The notes beneath the pieces were generated by a model. The model was not told the origin of the DNA, searched no databases, and worked only from the letters and a program-made list of their open reading frames with translations. The translations under genes were made by a program, and so were the position numbers. This document shows positions 25,201 through 32,689 of a stretch of 32,689 bases of DNA, in pieces. The stretch comes from Intoshia linei (Eukaryota; Animalia; Orthonectida): the NCBI GenBank assembly GCA_001642005.1, contig LWCA01000321.1, positions 1 through 32,689 of the forward strand. Reading direction: 5' to 3'. The number at the start of each line of letters is the position of its first letter. Position 1 is the stretch's first letter.

Positions 25201-28200
25201 AAATTTTTAGCATATTTTATTAAATTCAGTAAAATCTTATGAGAAAAAACCATAATTTTACCTACCCTTAAGAAAAAAACCGCTTTTACTAACATTTTTC
25301 TGAAAAATCCCATTTTACCAAAAATAGTATAATAAATAACATAATTCAAATTGTTCAGAAGGATGCACCAAATCGTCAATAAGGCCGCACTTTTCGTACC
25401 TCTGGATTAGTGATTCCCAAAATTTTTCCACCGTGGACCACATAATTTTTTTTAAAAATGGCTTTAATCCTGAACACGTCAATAATGTAACACATAAATG
25501 TATATTAGGGTGTCACACCCATCAAAGAATCAAAGGTAATTAGCACTAAATGTGTGGATTTTTAAAATAGAAAAATTAATTCGCAATCAAAAACATTTAA
25601 CGCTATCTATTCGAGTTGCGTTTGTCATTTTAAATATCACTTTAAAAATATTATGGAGAAATTAAAACTGAACTTTATTTTAACGGAAATTGGCGTTTGA
25701 GCTTTTAAACGTGGTACCGACTTTATAATATTGTTCTCCATGTTTAGTTATACAGTTTTTTTTTTAATTTGTTATTAGTTTAGTTTAGTTTAGTTAATTA
25801 GTTTCTAGCGCAATTTTTTGGGTTTCATTAACGATTTAATTTCTCGAATTCTGGCTATTTACATTATTTTAATTTATTCACTGCATAATATGAATGGCAT
25901 ATAATTTAGCAGATATCACCATTTATAAGAGTAATGTCATACCACATTTTGAAGGGAAATTTGAATATTATATCTGTTACCAAATTATTGTGAAAGTTGC
26001 CCAATATAATTTTAATTTACATATTTCAAGTGTTTCGTTATTATAATATTTTTTTCGTAATTCCATCTTATATAAACAAACTATTCCCTATTTCTAAACT
26101 ATTTTATATTATAATAAAATTTGAATTGTTTCGAAAACTGAGGCGACTAAATGCTGTGGGTCAACTGTTTAAATTTATCATAAATCGTTTGTAAAAAAGA
26201 TTAGTTGTACTGATTTATAGAAAAATATTTTGTAATACACAAACTCAGTTTAAAATTGTGTGTCGAATCTATTTGTCTTAATTTTTGTATTAATCATAAA
26301 TAGGGCAGTTTTTTATGGCAAAATGCCATTTTTTATATGATAATAAGCACGAAATTACAAGCATCATGATATCAATATTATGTTTATTTATTAGCTAATT
26401 AACAATTTATAAAGTCAATAAATGCCATTAAATGCCATAAAGTAAGTTGTTTTTTTTAAATTCCATAAAGTCAATATTTTTAAAAAGAATATTCGACTTA
26501 AAAAAATGATACTTATGTTATAATGAACAATAAAATTGAACAAATACCACCTTATCTATACATTTTATTAAGAAAAGCGCCATCTACTACAAATAGTATT
26601 GGGCGTAGTTTTAGTTTGTTAAAAAAAATGCTAACTAAACAGAGGCAATATTTACCAGATAATGTTAAGTATATTATGTTATACTACAACAGTGTTTCCC
26701 AACCGTGGGGCATGACGAAATTTTTGGTGGGACATTGGAAATTTGCTGGGGCCTGGGAAATATTACAAATGTATAGGATTATGAAACTTTAGATTAATTT
26801 ATTGTTAATTTTATACAATATTCTCAGGTTTATAAGTGGTTATGTGATACTTGAACCAATTAATTGTATTATTAAATTATTAGAATGACAAAAAACAAAT
26901 ATATCTTTAATGATCGTGGGCTATTGAATTCAAATTTAACTAAATTGATGAGTATATGCAAAATGCCAAATTTGCAAATTTACAAAATGGTCCGACTTTA
27001 ATTACTTTTGCTAGGATTGCTTTGTTGCCATTTCCATTATCTTATTTAACAGAATGCGGGTTTAGTGCAGTTTTAGACTTACAGACAAAAAAATAAATAG
27101 ATTACAAATTTCAAAAAGGGGAGATATACGATTAAAGCTTACAAAATTAGTACCTAATATTAATAAACTCTGTCAGAATCGTCAGGCTCAATCGTCTCAT
27201 TAATTCTGTAGTAACTACAATAAACATTAATAATTTTCAACATCTCTAACATCACACAATGAGATTTACATCGTTTGTTTCATTTGCAGTTTTTTGTTAT
27301 TCATATTTATTATTACACGCATAAATATTCCTTATTTTAAATTTTATTCATATTAATTTATTATGTAAAGTGACCGACACCATCATGATCGGGGCCTATG
27401 CGAATATTAAAATTAAGGTGTATTAAATATTGTATTGATTTAATTTAAGGCCTACGAAAGGAAGGTTTGGGGTACGGTAGATTCAGTTGGTATTAACCAT
27501 AGAAACAAACAAAAATTTTAAGGTCAGATAAAGTAAGTAAATTTAATTTTTAGGTCAATAAAAAATTGCCCTAATCATAAAACATAAACATGATTGTAAT
27601 TAATTTTTTTAAATTTTAAAGGGTTGCAACTTGCAATAAATCAGAAAAAAACTTGGAATATATTTTAAATGTTTATTTTTTTTATAGTTTGAAGGTCATA
27701 TCTGAATTATTTAATCACGTGTTATTTAGTTACAATAATTTATATGCATAAATTGAATATATCAGTATATTAAAATAATACATGTCAGAATTTATTTTGA
27801 ATTTGAATTATAATTTAAGTTACATTTTTAATTATTTATGTGTATGTTTCTATAAGTGTTTATAATTTATTGGTATTATTAGATTAACCGGTTCTTATGA
27901 AGCTTTAACGGGAGGGCATGCTAGTGAAGCTATGACAGATTTTACGGGTGGGTTATGTGAAGGATATAATCCAAGAGAAAAGAAACCGGATGAATTATTT
28001 TTCATAGTCAATAATTCCCTCAAAAAATGTTCTCTAATTAGTTGTTCAATTGAGGTAAAATTTATTTACTTTAATTTTCGTAAAACTTATTTTATTTGAA
28101 AAAATATCAATTAATAAAATATTATTCATATATAGATTAAACAGGTTTTGAGTAAGTGAATAGCATTTATTTTTGGTAATTTGTTAATGTGCAACCGAAA

Positions 28201-30742
28201 AAAATAATATCTTTTCTATATGCATTATTTATCAATTTATATTATTTGAATTTAGTCAAAAGGTACTGCAATAGAATCTGAATTGTCGAATGGTTTGATT
28301 GTTGGACATGCTTACGGTGTCACTTCAATTACAAAAGTAATTTAAAAATTTTTTATTTATTTTTAAACATCATATCTTGATCATAACATTATATCGTCTG
28401 TTAGTCCCTTCTTAACTATTAATAAGGGAGTTAAACTCCTTATTAATTTAGGTATAAATTATTAGTTTCTTTTAAATTAACTTGGTAATTTTAGATAGGT
28501 CACTACAAGTTAATTAGAATTAGAAATCCATGGGGAGATAAACACGAATGGAAAGGTGCATGGTGTGATGGGTATTAAATTAATACTATTAATACGATCG
28601 TATTTGAAATTTATCCAATATCATAGATCAAGAGAATGGTCGCAAATATCAAAGGACGATAGAATTAAAAATGAAATAAAATTCGATAATGATGGAGAAT
28701 TTTGGTATATTGAGTAAATTATTTAAATATTGTAAAATAAATAAGGATGTCGATTGATGATTTTATAAGAAATTTTACAAAAATGGAAGTTTGTAACGTA
28801 AACATGCATGATTTTGATGAATTTTCTGAAATTAAATCATGGAAAAGCAATTATTATGAAGGAAAATGGACAAATGGTATTACCGCAGGTGGATGTCGTA
28901 ATAACAAACAAACCTATTCAATAAACCCTCAATTTATTATAAATATAAATGATTTGAATAAAGACAAAGACGACACTGGAAATGTTTTGGTCGGGCTAAT
29001 ACAAAAAGATCGTAGAAAACTGAAAAAAAGAACATTTTTTCCTATAGGTTTTGATATTTATAAGGTTTTTCCAGCAATTATTATTTTCCATGTTAAAGTA
29101 GTTTAGATTGCCAACAATACCTCAACTCAACATAATGGAAAAATTAACATGTTGAGTAAGAATCAAATTTTATCCATGAGTCCTACAGTCATGAGCCCGT
29201 CTTATATAAATCTCCGTGAAATTGCTGGTCGGTATAAATTAGCAGTTGGTACGTATTGTATTGTACCTACTACATTTGATCCCAATTGTGAATCTGATTT
29301 TATTGTTCGAGTTTACACTGAAAATGAAACCGAAATAATGTAATTCTTGTTTATTATCAAAATTTTCCATTGAGTCACTTTTTTCAAATATTTAAGCTAA
29401 AACTATTTAAAGCTTGTTATAAAATAAATAAATATTGTAAAAATATTGATTATTATATATGCAAAAAAACCTCGTTGATTAAGGTTTAGGCTAAACTTTA
29501 CTATAGTAAGGTTTTACATTTTTTGATTCACTTATACTTGGTTATTTCTATTATAATAAAAGATATATTATACTATCATTATAGAGAAGCAGATAATAAT
29601 TTTGAAAAATCCAAAACTGATTTAACTAATACGGAAACATTTAAAAATCAATTGGATAATGATTTGGATTTATTCAAGCAAATTAATGGAAATGATGGAG
29701 TTTTGGATGTTTATGAATTTGAAAATTTTCTTAATCAGTATTTTAGTCAAAGTAATGTATTTGAGAGATTTTGTATTATTATTTTTATAGATAATAGGTG
29801 CAAATACTTATTGGACACATGTCGAACCATTTTCAGTTATTATGATGATGAATTTAGAGGAAAATTAAACTATGAACAATTTAAAAAATTATATTCCAAG
29901 TTAATAGTTATTCAGGTTTAAATTTTGTGAATTATCTCTATATTAAAAAAATCCAATGGTAAATTTTTTATATTTTGGTAGTAAAAAATTTTACGTTGTA
30001 GACTACTATTTGTAAATGGAGTAACATTACAGATTACATGTATACTTTATTTCATGTATAATTTTTATAGATTTCAGGTCCATATAAACTCCTTTGACGA
30101 CCTCTATACTATAATTTATATAAGGCCTAGTGCTAGTTTATATATGTATTAGTTAAATTTTCTAAATATTTTTTACATTTCAAATTAAGTAAAATATTAG
30201 AAATGTTTCAAACAATTTGATATGGACAAAAATGGATCCTTTAATGTCATCGAATTAAGGTGTGCCTTGTTCAACTTAGGTACATTTATTAACTCAAGAA
30301 TTTTTATATTTATAGGCTACAAAATAACGAATAAAATGTATTCTTACATTGTGCTACGCTATAAAGAAGGAAATGCATTAACTTTCAGCAATTTTGTTTC
30401 GTTGATTTTTGATATTGATCATTTAATTGGTATGTAAATTTATTATTTCGAATTATTAGGTATTATTACATATGTACATAATTTTTAGAATTTTACAATA
30501 AATTGAAATCCACCACCAATTTGAATTGTCGACTTGACGATGTTAGTATTATCGTTAATAATGATGTGGTTCTAAATCTTCAATAATTTCAAACCTTTTC
30601 AAAAATATTTCAGGAACTTTTTGTTCACATTTAAAAAAGTGCCCAAGGAACGAATTACTATTAAGAAGGATTTAGAATTATCATAAATTTAAATTTTATA
30701 TAATATTATGTTTAGTTTATTAACTCTTATTGGAATACTTAA
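22242..30742 (+). CDS. Classical calpain (CysPc - C2-like - penta-EF-hand)
   Basis: [12 protein letters not shown], catalytic QGLLG|[35 protein letters not shown] (His), RIRNPWG (Asn), the C2L motifs TAGGCRN and [10 protein letters not shown], and an EF-hand [13 protein letters not shown]. The last exon is 30716-30742. Long introns lie at 22883-24230 and 24521-27882. The start at 22242 is tentative and an ATG at 22541 is possible. Confidence 0.95.
23210..23976 (-). mobile_element. Truncated Tc1-like element with IR/DR-type end in a calpain intron
   Basis: [40 protein letters not shown] (HTH) and [36 protein letters not shown]. The terminus is TA|CACAGTGTGTCAATT, and the direct repeat gcctaa..aattgacacact occurs at 23781 and 23953. 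Confidence 0.85.
26301..26689 (+). mobile_element. Non-autonomous DDE (hAT-like) transposon fragment
   Basis: [19 protein letters not shown] resembles the hAT dimerisation motif P.TS..VERSFS. Subterminal aaatgcca repeats are present. The fragment is cut at 26690 by a Buster-type end. Confidence 0.55.
26690..27202 (+). mobile_element. Internally deleted hAT/Buster (Charlie-like) element
   Basis: TIR CAGTGTTTCCCAACCGTGGG follows the 8-mer tacTAcaa. The transposase C-terminus reads [49 protein letters not shown]. Confidence 0.8.
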
Positions 30743-31588
30743 TGTAACCCAAAATTGTATTAATTTATTAATATTAATAGCTTTTAATATTTCGTTTTAT
30801 TAAATGTTAAATTAAAGTTATGTAGTTTTACCATCTTTTTGACGTACTAATGTTGCCGAGAAAAAAATTAAAAATTAATGTAATGAAAATTTAAAAACTA
30901 AATATAGTAAATTAATAAAGTATAAAATTAATCATTGAAAGTTGTAACGTTTGATTTTAAATCACTAGATATGATACTGATAAATTAAATCATTTTCATT
31001 ATTAGAATTTTTTTTAATCGATAATTTTATTGAATAAGACTTTATAACTGAGAAGTCGGACTCAATTTGCTTTGCGGTCCAACTGTGAAAACTATATTAT
31101 GCTTTTTTTATGTACAATAAAATTTTTTATTTAAACCATGATAATGAATTATTAAACTAATATTTTTATTTCATTAATAAAATTAAATGAGAACACTGTT
31201 CATAAAATGGAACATTGTTTCGACCTCCAGGAATATTTTTGTTTAGACCGATAGATAATTTTCAAAAATCATCATAAAAAAACATTAGACATTTTTTGAT
31301 AGAGTACAAATGGCTAATTGTATTTCCATGACGTTGAGCATTATACCTAACTCAAAAATACAAATTTCTAGTGAGAACAAGGAAAAAAATGGCATTGCCC
31401 CATACATACCATATTTCCAGGACGACCTCCCCATATTTAATTTTTTTAATATGATAAAGAAAACACCTTGGAAAGAGTAATTTAAATTTTAGAAGATTTT
31501 GTAGAGTACTTTAACTACAAAAACCTACAAAACTACGTAAAAATTTTTATTTATAAAAAATATATTGTTAAAAAAAGGGTGTCTAGTA

Positions 31589-32689
31589 CAGGGCTTCTCA
31601 CACTTTTTAACTTACGACCCCTGTTCATCAAAATAATATACATGTTATTAAAAAAATCACTAAGTAGGTAGCCTTAAAATGTACACACAATGATTGGGAA
31701 TGAAGACATGAAAATAACGCTTATCAATAAAATAAAAATAATTATATAAATTTTAATGATATGTACGTAATTGTTGCTTTTTACATAATAGATTAAATTA
31801 ATGTTTAATGTTTGTGATTGTTTGTCTTAGAACCATTTCTATATCCTTAAGACTGGAGCGATATTTTGTCTTTATTGCGGTCATCTTTGAAAACGCTGAT
31901 TCACATAGATAAGTGATAGAAAACGGAAAAAGGATCGTTATAGCTATTTTTGATAGACATGGAAATTCTTTCTCCATTAAAAGCCAAAAAGTATCTAATG
32001 ATTTCTGTTTAAATAGAATGTTAACACTATAATCAGCTGAAAGAACTGCAAATTCTTCTTGTACCTCTAATTCTAAGTGATCAACGTTACTGATTTCATC
32101 GAAAAATGGACTTTGTATCCAATCAAATTTATTATTGTTTAATTCCGGTAAAAAATACTTTGTGAAGTTAGTTTGTAAGTTCTGTAAGTGTTCAATAATT
32201 ACAACCTTGATAGAATCCATATTAAATGCATTATCAGCAATATAATTTTCTGTATCAGAAAACATTTCATATTGATTTTTTTCAATTTTATTTTTCCATA
32301 ATATTAATTTGTTTATAAATCCCTGAATTTTAGATTTTAATTTAAAAATATTAGTATGCTCTCCTTGAAGTGAAATATTCAATTCATTTAATTTTTCAAA
32401 TAAATCTGACAAATAATATAATTTGCACATCCAATTTGTGTTTTAAAAAAATTTTCCTAAGTTTATGTTATTTTCCGACAAAAATAGAATAACTTCTTTT
32501 TAATATTAATAGACGTTTCAAAGCTCTTTCTCTTGACAGCCACCGTATAGTAATAGTATAGTAAAGGTTAATAATGAGTTTAAGTTAGAGTTCATAGAAT
32601 CACATAAATTTGCAAAAAGTCGCGTATTAAGCGCTCGAGATTTTATAAAATTAATGATTTTAGTGGAGTCTAGTAAAACAGAATTCAAA
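31589..32689 (-). mobile_element. hAT/Buster transposon remnant (ZBED5/SCAND3-like transposase pseudogene), running off the window end
   Basis: ORF 31798-32430 has LYYLSDLFEKLNELNISLQG, FW..EFP.L and PFSITYLCESAFS. Upstream RWLSR and NFIKSRALNTRLF motifs are frameshifted and the stop is premature. TIR CAGGGCTTCTCACACTTTT at 31589 is preceded by gtcTAgta. Confidence 0.9.

Noticed and set aside
28417-28446. Small intronic hairpin (similar ones at 748-777 and 19992-20011)
   Set aside because: Short AT-rich palindromes are expected by chance or slippage, and there is no further support.

Overview
A very AT-rich, compact animal (eukaryotic) genomic window. Most introns are only about 33-45 nt, so the ORF track shows exon fragments. 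By splicing by eye on GT..AG junctions I reconstruct: an Sp/KLF-type triple C2H2 zinc-finger gene (+), one or two orphan genes (-, 5464-7447), a type II PIP kinase PIP4K (+), proteasome beta-3 PSMB3 (-), the Fe-S assembly WD40 protein CIAO1/Cia1 (+), a DENND1-like DENN-domain gene (-), the 3' end of an unidentified gene (+) and a classical calpain (+). The few long introns and the intergenic gaps are filled with decayed DNA transposons: Tc1, pogo/Tigger, hAT/Buster, non-autonomous Helitron-like elements and MITEs, some of them nested. Tiny introns, divergent proteins and low GC suggest a reduced parasitic metazoan such as an orthonectid (inference only). I found no convincing new multi-gene system. 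The most notable points are the 29-bp ATG-to-ATG spacing of PSMB3/CIAO1, substitutions at functional motifs in conserved proteins, and the nested transposon structures. A 187-bp duplication across the N gap is probably an assembly artefact. All gene models are hand-built and were not checked against databases or transcripts.
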